Origin: Harriotta raleighana
Taxonomy: Eukaryota
Assembly (NCBI GenBank): GCA_050575255.1
Contig: JBNZDD010013653.1
Span: 944,469-1,008,468, forward strand
Length of the DNA: 64,000 bases
Reading direction: 5' to 3'
Shown here piece by piece: positions 1 to 13,060 of the stretch. A program made the translations under genes and the position numbers. The notes below the pieces were generated by a model that was not told the DNA's origin, did not search any database, and saw only the letters and a list, made by a program, of their open reading frames with translations. The first letter of the stretch is position 1. Every line of letters starts with the position of its first letter.

Positions 1-1185
1 GATTTTATGTATCCAATGCACATTGCACTTCATAAAGTTATCTGGGACTCAATAAAGAAGCAGCATCCTACCGCCTTCAGGCATCATGCTCTTCAGAATT
101 ATCTTTAGTACATCTAAATGAAAGGCAGTCATATCACTGTCATGTTTGATACATAATGTCAGTATCTCTGTGTTCATTTTGGAACTTTGATATTCACCTG
201 TTGGTAATCTATGGTTTATCATCATGAGTACAGTTCAACATGACTGTCATAAATACGTAACATGATCACAACAGACTAAGCCTACCTCATGTTTTTAAAC
301 ATGTTTTTGAGGCTATACAATTCACATTTTGCATAGCAAAATGCAAAATGCAAAATGTCCCTCTCTTTTGCATAATTTAATGTAGGACTTGCTATTATTT
401 TATGTGCAGCACGAGTCCTAAACAAAAAGGGGGTGGGTGGAGGAATTGCAGTATGTGATATGTAATAAATATCACAAATAATTATCACCTAATGCCTTTT
501 CCACCCTGTAAATTTTGAAAATGACACCATCAACTTATTCAGAAACTTCAGCTGAGATATTTTTGGGTGCATTGGTACAGAAGTTCAGTATAGGAGGTAA
601 TTTAAGCAATAAATGGTTAGTAACATTTGACAGGTATTTAGAACCTGTACGAGATGCAGCTGATATATCTGCTAGCTCTGGGGAACTGTTAATCATTCAC
701 AGTTTTCTCAGATTTAATTTGTGATGAAAAATGAAGCATAGGCAGACATCAAAACGCTTCTCAAGATGACGGATCTCTCCTTATTTTTCATGCACCAGTA
801 GCGATCTCTAATGCACTATGTTTAGCATACGATTTCCTGTGTGAAATACCCACTCCAGCACACTTCATTAAAATACATTTTGCATAGCCTCAAAAACAGC
901 CTAATGACCGGCAAATTTTTTTTGTTTAGCTAGCTTTAGTCTAATTTAGGAATTCTTCTTGTTGAAAATGTGAAGGAATAATATCCTGCTTTATAAATGC
1001 ACATTTCAAACTCACCATATTTAACTACAAGGAGAATATCTAACCAGGGTACTATTAAAAAAAAATCCAGCCCGACATGGGATCTCTATGTTGTGTGTTA
1101 AATCCACGTGATATCATTCCTAAGCACTGTGTAATTCTGTAGCCTAAAATGTCTCCCATGCACTGTTTACACGCTACAAACTAGG

Positions 1186-1635
1186 GTGTCAGCCAGGCTC
1201 AGTTGGTAGCACTTTCACCTCTGAGTCAGAATTTGGCCTCAAATCTCTGGGCTGATACTCCAATGCAGTGCTTGGATGGTGCTGTATTGTTGGAGGTGGC
1301 ATCTTTCGTATGACACAATAAAGTGAGGTCCCTCTTACTTGTTCAGGTGAGTATTAAAGGTACTGTATCATGGAGGTAATTTAAAAGAGAAGAAAATTTC
1401 TCCCGATGTCCTGGCCCACAATCCCCCAAATAAAATTGATCATTCACCACATGACTATTTGGGTACACAATTGTGTGGACAAATTGATGACCTTGTTTGC
1501 CTACAAATTCACAGTCACCACACTTCACAGTAGAATCCTGTGAAGCACTTTAAGACATATTCATAAGGACATATTGTGTCCTTATAAGGACATAAGACAT
1601 AATGATAAGGACTATACCATTTGCAAGGATTATTA
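1186..1635 (+). mobile_element. Deu-domain tRNA-derived SINE (SacSINE1/AmnSINE1-like), near full length, diverged
   Basis: tRNA-like head GGCTCAGTTGGTAGCACT..CTCTGAGTCAGAA; Deu-like core GGTGGCATCTTTCGTATGACACAATAAAGTGAGGTCCC..CAGGTGAGTATTAAAG; tail CCTGTGAAGCACTTT..TGCAAGGATTATT. Similar copies at 38020, 52720, 61915. Confidence 0.8.
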
Positions 1636-2829
1636 TGATAATAACCAGAATAATTTGATGAGAATCTTTGATCAATACATATTCCCTTCTCAATACCAGA
1701 CCAGAAATTTCTGTTTAATTGCAAACAATGGAAGATGTACATTGAAGAGATGAGTTATATCAAGAGTCCACAATTACAGCTAAGACTCATGCACCTTCAT
1801 GTAACACAGCAATACTGCATTCTTCTCAGTTGCTGTGCACTTTGGCTGCCAGCACTAACCAAACCACTTTCACACTTGTCAGCCCAGAATTGGCAGAATT
1901 CAGACGTATTGGCCTGCAACAAGGGCTTCACAAGCTGAATTGGCTTTCTGGTATTTCTTTTGCCAAACTTTTAATCCATTATATGTGAGGAAGGCAAAAA
2001 ATGTTGGATGAGAAGCAAATTACAGTATTTCATAATTTTGATCACTTTTTTCTAAATATTTGCTGCCAACAGTAGACACCACAAATCTGCTTCTGGAGTT
2101 AAATGCTTTAACTCTTCTGGCACATTTTCAGTATTTGTCACTGTTTTACATCATAACATTTTCAGGTTCAGAGTGGAAAGCATTGTTCATTTTATTAGAA
2201 AGGTCTCTCACACAATAGTATTTTTGTGAGTACTGTACTGTTTTCTGAGCCTTTTTATTGCTGCAAAGACGAATTGGAAGGGCTTTTCAGTTGCTAACAC
2301 TATGCTCCAGAGTATGGGGACAATGTAAAAGTAGTAGAAACTCAAAATGACCTCCAGTTTGGCACTGCATTTACATTGCAGCTCTGAGTCTTTAGAACAC
2401 CAATGTAAAAGTGGCATAAATGAACACACTGTACCATAAACCTGCCCGTTTAAAGTCATCTAAGTGTCTAATTACGGTAACTTTTCTTTTGTAGTCATTA
2501 ATCAACCTTTACACAATGTTCTGTCAGCCATGACCTGATAGCATCTTACTGTTGCTATAGAGACACAAACTTAATAGGGATATTGTTCCTGTTCTCTGGG
2601 TGGTCCGTGTCTTGTGGAAATCTGAGGACAGAAACTCCAGATTTAAACCTTTCAACTTCCAGTGGGTAGAACAGACACAAAGACAGTTTAACCACAAACA
2701 TCCTACATCACATTTCCATTTTTAATTGAAGCAGTGCTGTATACAACAACTAGAAGATGGGAAAAGTGCTATATCAAATGAAGGATTATTATTATAATAT
2801 TATAAAAGCAACTACTTGCACTTACATAA

Positions 2830-3072
2830 TGGAGTCCTGTAGATTAGTGATTAGAGCACCCGCCTCGCAATCGAGAAGAACATTAGGCAAGTTTCCTTAC
2901 TCCACATGCCTCTGTTTACCTCGCAGTATGTAGAAACCCGATAGTTGCTTGGCGGATCACTTTTCCTGGGGTATTAATTTCTTAAATAAATATAATGACT
3001 GTTTGTGGGACACTGCTGTACGCACTTGGTTGCCATATTTCATCCACATAATATACTGTACAGTCAATTCAC
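2830..3072 (+). mobile_element. tRNA-derived SINE (SINE2-1_CM-like), long-body variant
   Basis: Head TGGAGTCCTGTAG..TTAGAGCAC, then GGCAAGTTTCCTTACTCCACA, extra module CCTCTGTTTACCTCGCAGTATGTAGAAACCCG, then GACTGTTTGTGGGACACTGCTGT shared with the 50401 copy. Confidence 0.8.
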
Positions 3073-3134
3073 CATTCACAAAATTCAATTAATTCATAAC
3101 TCCATCACCCAGTCCACTAACCCATACAAAACTA

Positions 3135-3530
3135 TGGACCCCCATCAAACCTGTCCTTGCCCAGGCTGCACTGCCTCCCAATCACTGAACAGATCGACTT
3201 CAAGATGTTTTCCCCAATTTTTAACTTGCTTTATGCCCTCACATCTCCCTATCTATCCAATTTACTTACCTCCACTCGTCCAGCTCCAGCCCCTTGTTTG
3301 TCCCTTGCCCACCGAACTCCACCATCGGTGGCTGTGCTTTCAGCCACTTCATCCTGAAGCTCTGGACTTCCCTCTCTCAATCCCGCCACCTTGCTCCTTC
3401 CCGCCCCACTTTCAAATGCACTTTCAAGTTCTTCCTTTTTGATTATGCTTATGGTAACCTCCCCCTCTCACTACCCCTGGCTCGGTGTCAGACTACAACA
3501 CTGTCAAGTGCTCTGGGACTCTACCCCACC
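3135..3530 (+). mobile_element. L2 LINE 3' fragment, degenerate
   Basis: Translations LHCLPITEQIDFK..SPYLSNLL and STIGGCAFSH..LWTSL..FKCTFKFFLFD match the L2 ORF2 C-terminus seen at 45924-46493. Confidence 0.85.
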
Positions 3531-4389
3531 CTATTGTTGTTGAAAGTGTAAATGAGGATTTCAGATATGTTGGGGTGAGATAGGATGGAGGAGGAGGGGC
3601 AATGTTGTGGAGTACTAATTTGCACATTGTTTGAAGAATGTATTGTACACCATTCTGATAACCTAGCCCTGTTATAGTAAGAAGATCTACACTCTACTCT
3701 CACACTCCTCTGATTAATGGGAAGTCCTCTCATGCCATCCATAAGATGTACTAATAGAAAGCTTTCTAGTTTCCAGAGCTGTAAGTGAATCTTCCAGGCT
3801 TTACTGCAACATGAAGGTAGCTAGGAGACATAAATATTCTGAGGTGAATGGTTTTATATTAAGGTGCTAATTTTATTTCAGGAATAAGATTTTGAATTAA
3901 TTTAAGCTTCTCAGTTACATTTGACTTTGAAGGTTGCATTTGTTATTGATTTAAGAACAATGATGGCAGATATGCCAAGGCAGCTGGATAAAAGGGCTCA
4001 AGTTTGGGGCTTTGAAAGGCAATTGTAAGACTGACACCAGGAACTATTTTCTTTCACTGAAGGTAAAGGCAGCAGGAAAAGGCTGCCTGGAAGGATGATA
4101 GAAAAATACAAACATCTTTTATGTTCTTGTGATTTTGAGACTTAAAGTGTGTGTATGTGTACTATGATGATAATACTCTGTTGCACTTCCATGTTGGGTG
4201 GTAAGAGGGGAAGATTGGGAATCACTCTCTGCTGGATTAATTTGAGTGGAGTTGTCTCGGGCTGTGAAGTGTCCAATCTAGGAACAGGTGGGATGAGGAA
4301 CACTTTGTCACTGTACAAGGTGTGGAGTAGGTGGCAGATGATGGGAGGGCTGACAGTTAATCAGATCTCCAACACAATGCCTTCCAATA

Positions 4390-4663
4390 AAACAACAACA
4401 AAATTACATTTGTATAACGCGTTTTATGTCAGGAGGACATCCCAAGGCGCTGGACAGTCAGAGATCCGAAATAGGCAAGAGGAATGCTCTCCCAATCGAA
4501 ACCTTGGGCAAGTTTCCTTACTCCACATGACTAATAATAATCCATCCATATACACAGCCCACAAATACACAGTCAATTCACTTTACAGTATATTCTGGGA
4601 AGCGCTTTGAGATGTCGATAAGATGTGAAAAGCGCTATATCAAATGCAAGGATTATTATTATT
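4390..4663. mobile_element. Short L2 3' tail (minus, ~4390-4460) next to a SINE fragment (plus, ~4497-4663)
   Basis: AACAACAACAAAATTACATTTGTATAACGCGTTTTATGTCAGGAGGACATCCCAAGGCGCTGGACAG matches 45820-45891; CGAAACCTTGGGCAAGTTTCCTTACTCCACA..GCAAGGATTATTATT matches the 50401 family. Confidence 0.8.
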
Positions 4664-6959
4664 GTGGGTGTCCTCTTGTTTTTCATTAATTGTCAACTAC
4701 TATACAGTTATAGCTGGTTGGATGCCAGCAGTACTCAAACACACAATTTGGGATACCCAAACCTTGGATATTGCCAACTGCGCTGAATACTTTTCCTGGA
4801 TGATGTGTCCCTCCATGGAAAGAGTCCATATTCTATTCCAACAATCTATATCTGAAATTTCCATGTGTCTCCATGACCAAAAAATAGGTTTACGTGATCT
4901 GTTGGCATTGGGCCTAATTAAGTTGATTTACATAGTTGTTCACCGATGGCTGTCATGTATTGATTCCTTTTTAACACCCTCATGCCCTCTGCGGTATCAT
5001 GTGGTGTAACACAAAGATCAAAGATTTTAAAAGGAAGACTTCAACCCTGTGTGTTTTCAAACAGAAGAGGTGGTAAATAACAAACAGTGAGCATGCTTTC
5101 TATCTCAGGAGAGTGAATCTCAAATGAGAACATTTTTCTTCTATTGTTTGCAAGTTTTTTCTTGCTCTTGGAGCATCCATCATTTTTATAGACTGGGTAG
5201 AAGTATTTTTTTTTTTTTCCTTTTTGCACTATTCCTGGCAAGATATGGTATGCGGAGAGTACAATTCAGAGTGTTAAATATCATTTGTGACCCTCAAGAA
5301 AAGAAAATCCACTTAGTTTTACCCATCCAAATTGCTCTTTTATCAAAGGCATTGGATCTAAGAAAGACTAAAAGAAGATTATCAGACAGAACCAGAGCAT
5401 TATTAATGGTTCATATTCACAATAGTGTACATCTGTTTGATTAAAATGTGCTGCTATCATTTTACCTAGCATACAATATGTTTATCTGGTAAACTACCAC
5501 AGGAATAGTAGACAATAAATACATTGCAATCTATCACCCAAAGTATTTGGCTATTTCCTAGCTATTACATGATCCCACCCAATACCCTGGCGTTAAGGTT
5601 TGAATGAGGACAAGAGCATTTGTATTGCCTATTGGATTTATCTTTGAAATATATGTAAAGAAAGATTTGGGGTGCCTGAGCAATGGTGGCCAACCTGTGG
5701 TCAGCAGGGCTGCCAAGAATCCATATCAGGTTGGATGACAAATGCTCTGCTGCTCAGTTACTGTTCCCTTTGCACTCCACTTACTATTTATTGTTTAACC
5801 AACACTTCAGCACAAACACTTAACATTTAAGTGGAAAGCTTGGATTTACGCAAGTGGTAATCTTTACAGTTCAAACAATTCATTTGAAGCACTTCGAGAC
5901 ATCTCAACGACATGATACGGTGCTATATCAAATGCAAGGATTATTATTAGTCATTTCTCTAAACAGACATGCATCTTCTCTTAATTTTCCTTCTTTTTTA
6001 AAAAAGGGTACTAAATGTATTTAACAAAATGTATATTACACTATTAGGTCTTCAGCACATGGGCTTTATACAACTAATGCTTAGGGGTCTGTTGTCTACC
6101 TTATTGTGAACAGCAACAAACTGCAGTATCTGCAGTGTTTGCTGGTTCTCAGCCTTGCCCAGTGAACAGGTAAGTCATTGTTAGTTTTTATTTTCATTGG
6201 CCATGGTTGGATGATTCAGACAATCATGTTGTAGGGATTGTTTATGCTGCGCTTCAGTAACTGGAAAGCATTTATCCCAGGAACAGTGTGACCTCCTGCT
6301 TCAATGATTATCTAACCCACATGCTTCAGTGGGTACAGACACAGATGAGAAATCATTCTGCCTGTCTTATTTTGTATGAGTGTGTTTTTAAGAAAAATCA
6401 ATAATATTCAGTGGACCAAGAAAGATACAGTGCTATAAAAGCCCCTGATGTTTCTCCCCAAAGCAAAACAAAACAACCCCTTCTGACAATAGCATGTCAG
6501 CCTCTCCATTATTTGCGTTTGAGTAATATTATTTATATTTTGCAATCTATTCCTCAAATTGCAATATCAAATTATCACAATACCTCAGATACAACTCTAG
6601 GCAATTGGTATTGCATGCAAATGCTCCACCCAGAATGCACACTTGTTGTCCCTGGGAGTTTGGAAAAATAATTTAACAAGAAATGATAACCCATTCTGAC
6701 TGTTCCCCATTTCTACGAAAAATATTGTCAGGTAAAATGATTGTAAATGTTATGACATTGGAATTCAATGAATGCATATTTTGTTTTGTGTTTCTATAGA
6801 TTTGCAACGATAAACTCTGGTATCTTTTCCAAGTAGCCATGCCTGATAATTAATTCCCCTACTTGACTATGGATGAGTCACAGCAGAGTCAAATATGTTT
6901 TTCACATGAATTACACAATACAGTACCTATCACATATCAAACAAGAATCCAGGCTAATA

Positions 6960-7112
6960 TTTCCTGTCTCTGATCCAAAGGTTCTGAGACCAATTGAGGT
7001 GCCTCTTTCACCACCCTGGTCTGAGATTCACTAACTCAGCTCAGACTAGGAATCGAACTTGGGACCATCTTGCATTTTGAAGCTCAGTATCATACTTACC
7101 ACTGAACACCAT
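6960..7112 (-). mobile_element. tRNA-derived SINE 5' part (a third SINE family)
   Basis: Reverse strand reads TGGTGTTCAGTGGTAAG (A-box-like)..GGTCCCAAGTTCGATTCCTAG (B-box-like), then a body unlike the other two SINE families. Confidence 0.6.
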
Positions 7113-7382
7113 AGTCAAAGAATTGAGCAAGATGTTAGAGAACTGTTGAAGTGGGTAGTGGGGGTTGAGGGAGGGTATTAGTTTGTTGGACAAATAATCG
7201 TTTTCTCTCCTAGGCATTCCTATCTTTTCATTTACACTATTTAAAAAAACCTTCTATATCTGCTTTATTACAGTTTTGATTTTACTAAGGCCCACCTGCA
7301 ACAAAAGTTACTACTTGCTATACAAATGTAATTTTGTTGTTGTTTGAATATTTCACGATTTCCTCTCCTTACAATAACAATA

Positions 7383-7700
7383 AATAAACTTTGCATTTGA
7401 TATAGCGCTTTTCACGTCTTCTAGATGTCTCAAAGCGCTTCACAGGATAAATTGTAAAGTGAATTCACTGAATATTTATGGGCGAAATGCAGCAGCCAAT
7501 TGTTCACAGCAGCAATTGTTCACAAACAGTCATGGATTGAAATGACAAATGTTATTATTGTGGTTTTTTTTGGACTGATTATTATTAGGCATGTGGAGTA
7601 AGGAAACTTGCCCAAGGTTTCGCCCTGACCTGCCTGAATTTGAACACAGGTCTCATGTTTGTAAGGCGAGTGTACTAACCACTGAGATACAGGACTCTAC
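7383..7700 (-). mobile_element. tRNA-derived SINE (SINE2-1_CM-like), full length
   Basis: Reverse complement aligns end to end with 50401-50733. Confidence 0.9.
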
Positions 7701-8744
7701 AAGATATATCACAGGTTACATAAAAGTGATTGACAATTTGTGTGTAGTACAAAACCTGGACTTTTGGGAGGTGGGTTTGGGGGGAGGGGAATTATTATTA
7801 TTTCTTGCTGTTAATTTCATGCAAGAATTAGAACACCACATTCTGCTCATCTTCTTTCATAATGCTGTCTTTTCTTTGATTCAAGAATATTACAACACCA
7901 TTTTGGAATCTCAGATGCCAAGGCCAAGGTGAGAAGTACTACGCGGGAGGCAGTTTTTGAGTCCAGCAGAAGAGGATATTGGCTTAATTTAGTCAAAACT
8001 CTTTTTGCACTCAAATGCCAATATTAGAGTTTGGGGCAGTAATCTAGTATTGCAATTCCCAGAAACTGTACACTGTGCCAAGCACGACTGAACAGTATAA
8101 AATGAGAGTAATTTCATAACATTTTCTAATGAAATGCCCGCCAATGTCATCCAACTGTGGCACTGCTCTCCTGATAATGCTGCTATTTGATGTATCATTA
8201 GTCAGGTCCCATTTTTTACATTCAATTAACCACAACTATAGAAGTCGGTACCTGCTGAATAAACCACCAGTTAGAAGAATCGTGGTGGGACTGACCAAAA
8301 TAAAGCAGCAAGTGGCTTAGGTCAAATGTGAAAATGCATAAAGTGCTTCCGGTGATAGAACTATAGTACTTATAAGTATACCTACATTCTCAGTAAAATC
8401 TCATACCCCATTGGAAGAAAATCTGAGGTCAGTAAATGCTTCTCACAATTAATATTAGAAATTTAGTCTAGATATTGCAGACATTTAGTTTTTTATGTGT
8501 GAATTTCATTCCTCCCATTTCTTGGCTCTCAAACCAAAAGCATATTCTAGTGTCCATACTTCCTGTTCCAGGTCACTGGAGCTGTCTGCTTTCTGCTTCT
8601 TCACTTTAACTGACAGCAGGTTTCTATCTCCAGTGACATTGAGGCTCATGACTCCGAATTATTTTAGTTGAATGAAGTCAATTGGAGATGCTTTACTGCA
8701 ATATTTTCTGTATCTGTGTTAAAAACAGAACTTGTGTTTTTGGA

Positions 8745-8960
8745 CAATTATCACTTCAAAAGATCTCAAAGTGCTTCTCGGTGATGACTATCCAATGTAG
8801 TGATTCAGTGACTATTTGTAGACAAACACCAGAGGAGCTATTTTGCATTGATTAATTTGGCGGACTGTTGGACAACTCGGAAAATTCAAGTAGTGTCATA
8901 GGATCGTTAATGTCCACCTGAAAAAGCAGACAGTACATTAGTTTTAAAGTCTCATCCGTT
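8745..8960 (-). mobile_element. Deu-domain SINE fragment
   Basis: GTGTCATAGGATCGTTAATGTCCACCTGA..GGTTTTAAAGTCTCATCCG-like sequence is the reverse complement of the Deu core; the tail remnant TCTCAAAGTGCTTC lies to its left. Confidence 0.65.
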
Positions 8961-9264
8961 AAAGAGGGTAAACCAAGATCTGACAGCTGAAATTGACCTT
9001 CCTTAAAATCCTTCACAATACAATTTAACAACCAGCACAGAGATAGAGCAAAATGCCTTTAGGTATTTTTCCATATCAGTGCTTGCATTCTCCATTGTAA
9101 AATCCCAGAGGTTCCTAAGTACGAAACAGTTGACAGTGTAATAGTGCACAGTGCATTCCTATTCCTATGTGACAGGACATGGTTTTGAGGGGTTTATAGG
9201 CTGAGTTGACAACTTGCACTGTGCCACCACAATTGGACAGATGCTCCTTATCCTCCTGGGGGGA

Positions 9265-9766
9265 GGCATATCTTTGGGATACGTTACCTGCAAGATAACA
9301 TGCCTGACAACGGAATACTGGAATCCTCTCTAATGGTCGTGCAGTCCATTTCCTGAGCCAGACAAGTTGACAAGACTCCAAATTGATAATGAACCTGGCA
9401 GATTGGCTCATTAGCAGGGCTTGGAGGAACATATCAGTTATTGGGTCAAGGATTGTATCCAGCTCCTGATACCATACGAGCGAAACTCTAATGGATAGGC
9501 TGATTTTAATTGGATGAGCAATGGGTAACTTGCCAATATGTACAAGCATGGTTTACCTACTTAAACGTTTGTAATACCCCAGTGCACACTATTGGGTCCT
9601 CAAGCCTCTACTCTTGCCAACTTGTCTCTAAATTCTCAAGGATTAAATATGCGGAATGTATCCCTCCGCAATCCATACCAGACACATGATTAGTGGAACC
9701 ACCCATTTATGTAATCTCCAGTAGTTTGGTTTGGAGACTCAGATGGGTTCATCCAGCTGACCAAAA
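9265..9766 (+). repeat. Unclassified ancient repeat 'family X', copy C (internal deletions; may extend to ~9130)
   Basis: TGGCTCATTAGCAGGGCTTGGAGGAACATATCAGTTATTGGG aligns with 36119 TGGCTCATCAGCAGGACCTGGAAGGGCAAACCAGTCACTGGG; AAACTCTAATGGATAGGCTGATTTTAATTGGATGAGCAATGGGTAACTTGCCA aligns with ~14297-14348; ends CAGCTGACCAAAA. Confidence 0.8.
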
Positions 9767-10136
9767 TACATCCTTGCCTAGAGAGGGGAATACCAGATTT
9801 ATCCACATTCAAGTAACGTTGTCATGCTTTGGTTTGAGTAGGGGAGTCTAGGATAGAATGAATATCCAGTTATTCATCACTTGTCATTGTAAAATATTAG
9901 TCATCGATCAACTAGACAAAGGCAGCAGTCAATGCATTTAGAATAACACAATTTGCAGCTATTTCATGTGAATAGATTTTTTTTTCTGTCGTCTCTCCCA
10001 ATAATGTAAGTTGAAACCATTGATGCCATGTGTCACCCACTAAACCCTATTAGGTAGTGAGATATTGGTTGCACCTTCATCAAAAAGTACTGTAATCTAG
10101 TCTATCATATGGTTCAGTGCCAATGGAAATACACCC

Positions 10137-10458
10137 GTGGGTAGAAATTCCTCCTGGGTCTAGATCTACACTATGATTTACCATGTTTTTGTTCATCTAC
10201 CAAACACACCGTCACTCCATCTTACAGTATATTCTGTGAAGCACTTTGTGACATCTTCCCGAAGTGGAAGGTACCATACCAAATAGAAGGCTTATTATTA
10301 TTATTGTAGGACATTGCTGTGTGGAAATTGAATGCCACATTTGGTTGCAAAGCTTAAATTCAAAGTTAAAACTGAATTCAACAATTTGGCATCTTCTACA
10401 CAATCTAAAATGCTACATTAATAGAATAGATCAAAACCCAGATGGAATTTCTACCCAC
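10137..10458. mobile_element. MITE-like element with 23-bp terminal inverted repeats, carrying SINE debris
   Basis: GTGGGTAGAAATTCCTCCTGGGT (10137-10159) vs ACCCAGATGGAATTTCTACCCAC (10436-10458): 21/23 inverted match. SINE tail at ~10220-10305 inside. No clear TSD. Confidence 0.65.
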
Positions 10459-10742
10459 AAAAGCATTTGGAATCACTGGTGGGTGAAAATGGTAAGACGT
10501 TATTATGCACCAGATTGTAAAGTGAGTCACTTGATTTAAAACCTTACACATGATTTAGTTTTCCTAAGGTTAAGATAAACTCAAGCAAAAATGACAGAGT
10601 TTTTATGTGTAGCATACATAAGAGGTACAGTCTAATATTAGTCTTAGAGAGGAGTGTTGGGGAGCTCTGTGCTGTTCCATTTGCTATTAAGTTTGAGTAG
10701 TCAGGTTATACTATGATTTAGAGATGGGAAAACAGAATAACT

Positions 10743-10903
10743 CAATAATCTCAGTTTTCATTTTTCACTTTTTTATTCTCATTTACATTACTGCCATTTT
10801 CATGCTCTGTGACTTTTTGCAGTTCTTCCCNAATAATCTCAGTTTTCATTTTTCACTTTTTTATTCTCATTTACATTACTGACATTTTCATGCTCTGTGA
10901 CTT
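10743..10903. repeat. ~70-bp direct duplication at a single N (10831); likely assembly artefact
   Basis: AATAATCTCAGTTTTCATTTTTCAC..CTGTGACTT occurs twice, with the second copy starting right after the N. Confidence 0.8.
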
Positions 10904-11619
10904 ACTCTGTTATCAAACACTTTCAATTATCTTTGTATTCACTTCCTCTGGTCGACATTTGACTAGAAAAACATATATAGTTTGATAAAATATTTCACCT
11001 TTGAAACAGGCCATTCAACCCAACTATCTGTGTTGGTGTTTATGTTCCACATGGACCTTCCCCCAATCCCTTCTCCAATATCCTCTAATTCCTTCTTCCT
11101 CCAATAAAAAAACACATTAGCTTAATGGTCAGTAACATTTAGAAAGTGGTTTCCAATATTGTTCCGATCAATCCAACACAAATGTCCTGAAAAAATGGCA
11201 AAATAATATTTCCTTTGCTCAGCACTGACACCCCATTCTTTATTAGAAAATGTACATTCAAACATGAAATAAAGTTAATTTACTGTGACTCCCTTTCTGA
11301 CAAATAAATTTTCTGGGTCATTTCCATGCCTAGTGCACAGTAGGAGGTCATTTTGGTTCATATATTCCCATCATCGGTATGAAGAGTTTTAAACACTTCT
11401 GAGGGTTGTGCTGGTGAATGAGAATTCTAAATGAATGGCAATCTGTGTGGAGACTATTAAGAGAAAGGAATGTTCTCATGAGTTTGTGATTGAGAGTGAA
11501 CAGCAGTGAAGGAGACACTAATAATTCTACATGAAGTTAAAAATTACAGCAAAGAAGGTGGCTACTCAACCCATCAAAGCATCAGCATTAGTTTCCTGAA
11601 ACTGTGGTTGGTAAAAATA

Positions 11620-12000
11620 ATAATTTGGTCTCTCAATCCACGGTTATGGTGCATTGCTGTGCCCAATTGGTCTGCTGCATTTTGCCCACAAAATATACAG
11701 TCAATTCAGTTTCATATATATTCTGGGAAGTACTTTGAGACGTCTCAATTATATCAAATGCAAGGATTATTGTGGATGGTAAGTGCGGATGGCGTTTTTG
11801 TTCACTCCCTCAGTTTAACCATTGCCAGCTGATCCTTCAGTCAATCACCCGACCTCTGGATCCCTTCCTCAATTATTTTGCCTTCCTATCTGTCTCACTG
11901 ATTTTTTTGAAGGTCTGTTCAACAATGCTTTGGTCATTTGTAAATTTCTCCAACTTCTTGCTTGGTACCCACGACTCCCATTGTTAAGTGCTTCGAGAGG
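11620..12000 (+). mobile_element. SINE 3' half (11620-11772) followed by a degenerate L2-like 3' remnant
   Basis: TTGCTGTGCCCAATTGG..CACAAAATATACAGTCAATTCA..GCAAGGATTATT; then pyrimidine-rich L2-like sequence ending TTGTTAAGTGCTTCGAGA. Confidence 0.6.
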
Positions 12001-12772
12001 TTCTTTGACTAGGCGCAGTGTAACTATGAGTTGTAATATCCGGTCCCACCATCCTTCACCTTAATTTACAACAACAACAATTTAAACTTGGATTTATATA
12101 ACCCCCCCACACTTGACGGCATCTCAGAGTGCTTCAGGATGTGGTACAGTCCCCTAATGGAGCAGTAGGTTCGTTGCAGGACTGGGAATGCATTAATGTG
12201 TGAAATGACAGCCAATCATTCCAATGGTTCAAAGGCACAACTCAGTTTGAAGAAACTATTTGACATTATCATGTGCTCCACTTTGTACTAGTATTATCAA
12301 CAGTTTTATTTTTCGGGTGGGTGAGGAGTGGAGGAGCGGGGGAGTGGGTGTAGAGGGGTGGGGAGGAGAGTCATATTTATGTGACATTATTACGGCCTAA
12401 AGTACAGAAAGTGATTGTCATTGACCAATAATCCCCAGATAAATTGATTATTTGCTTCATGGTTATTGTGTGGGATGTTAGTTGCCATATTTGGTTGTCA
12501 TATTTGCCTACAATCCTGCAGTCATCACACATTACAGAGAATTGATGGCATGATAATATGTATATCAAATGCCTGCAGGAAAGTTTATTTTAAGTAATTA
12601 TTAGTGATCAATCAGAGTGCCAACATTTAGAAATATCTTCACACCAACCAGAACTCTATTCCCTTGTTACATAATAACTATCTAATGACGGGTTCGGTCA
12701 CCTGGAGATCTGTTTTGGCTCAGTCAATAATGATAGTAATGCAATAATTTGCATTTAGGTATACCAATAAGA

Positions 12773-13060
12773 ATAATAACCATCCTTGTATTTCATATAG
12801 CACTTTTCATGACTTCTAGATGTCTCAAAGCGCTTCACAGAATATACCGTAAAGTGAATTGACTATATTTTGTGGGCCAAACGCAGCAGCCAATTGTGCA
12901 CAGCAGTGTCCCACAAACAGTCGTGGATTGAGTGACCAAATTATTGTTTTTTTCTTGAGAGATTGTTATTAGGCATGTGGAGTAAGGAAACTTGCCAGAA
13001 ATCGAACCTATGTCACTCGCTTGCGAGATGAGTGCTCTAACCGCTGAGCTCCCAGACTCT
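12773..13060 (-). mobile_element. tRNA-derived SINE (SINE2-1_CM-like), near full length
   Basis: Reverse complement of the 50401 family, including the head (GTGCTCTAACCGCTGAGCT). Confidence 0.9.

Noticed and set aside
62-79. AGCATCCTACCGCCTTCA near-match to 40202-40219
   Set aside because: A 17/18 match with non-aligning flanks is about chance level for a 64-kb self-comparison.
6048-6176. Possible plus-strand exon (TAG acceptor, strong CAG|GTAAGT donor)
   Set aside because: Stops in all three frames; isolated splice motifs are expected by chance. A non-coding exon cannot be excluded without RNA data.
12314-12370. G-quadruplex-capable tract
   Set aside because: Low-complexity G runs are common in this window and nothing suggests function.
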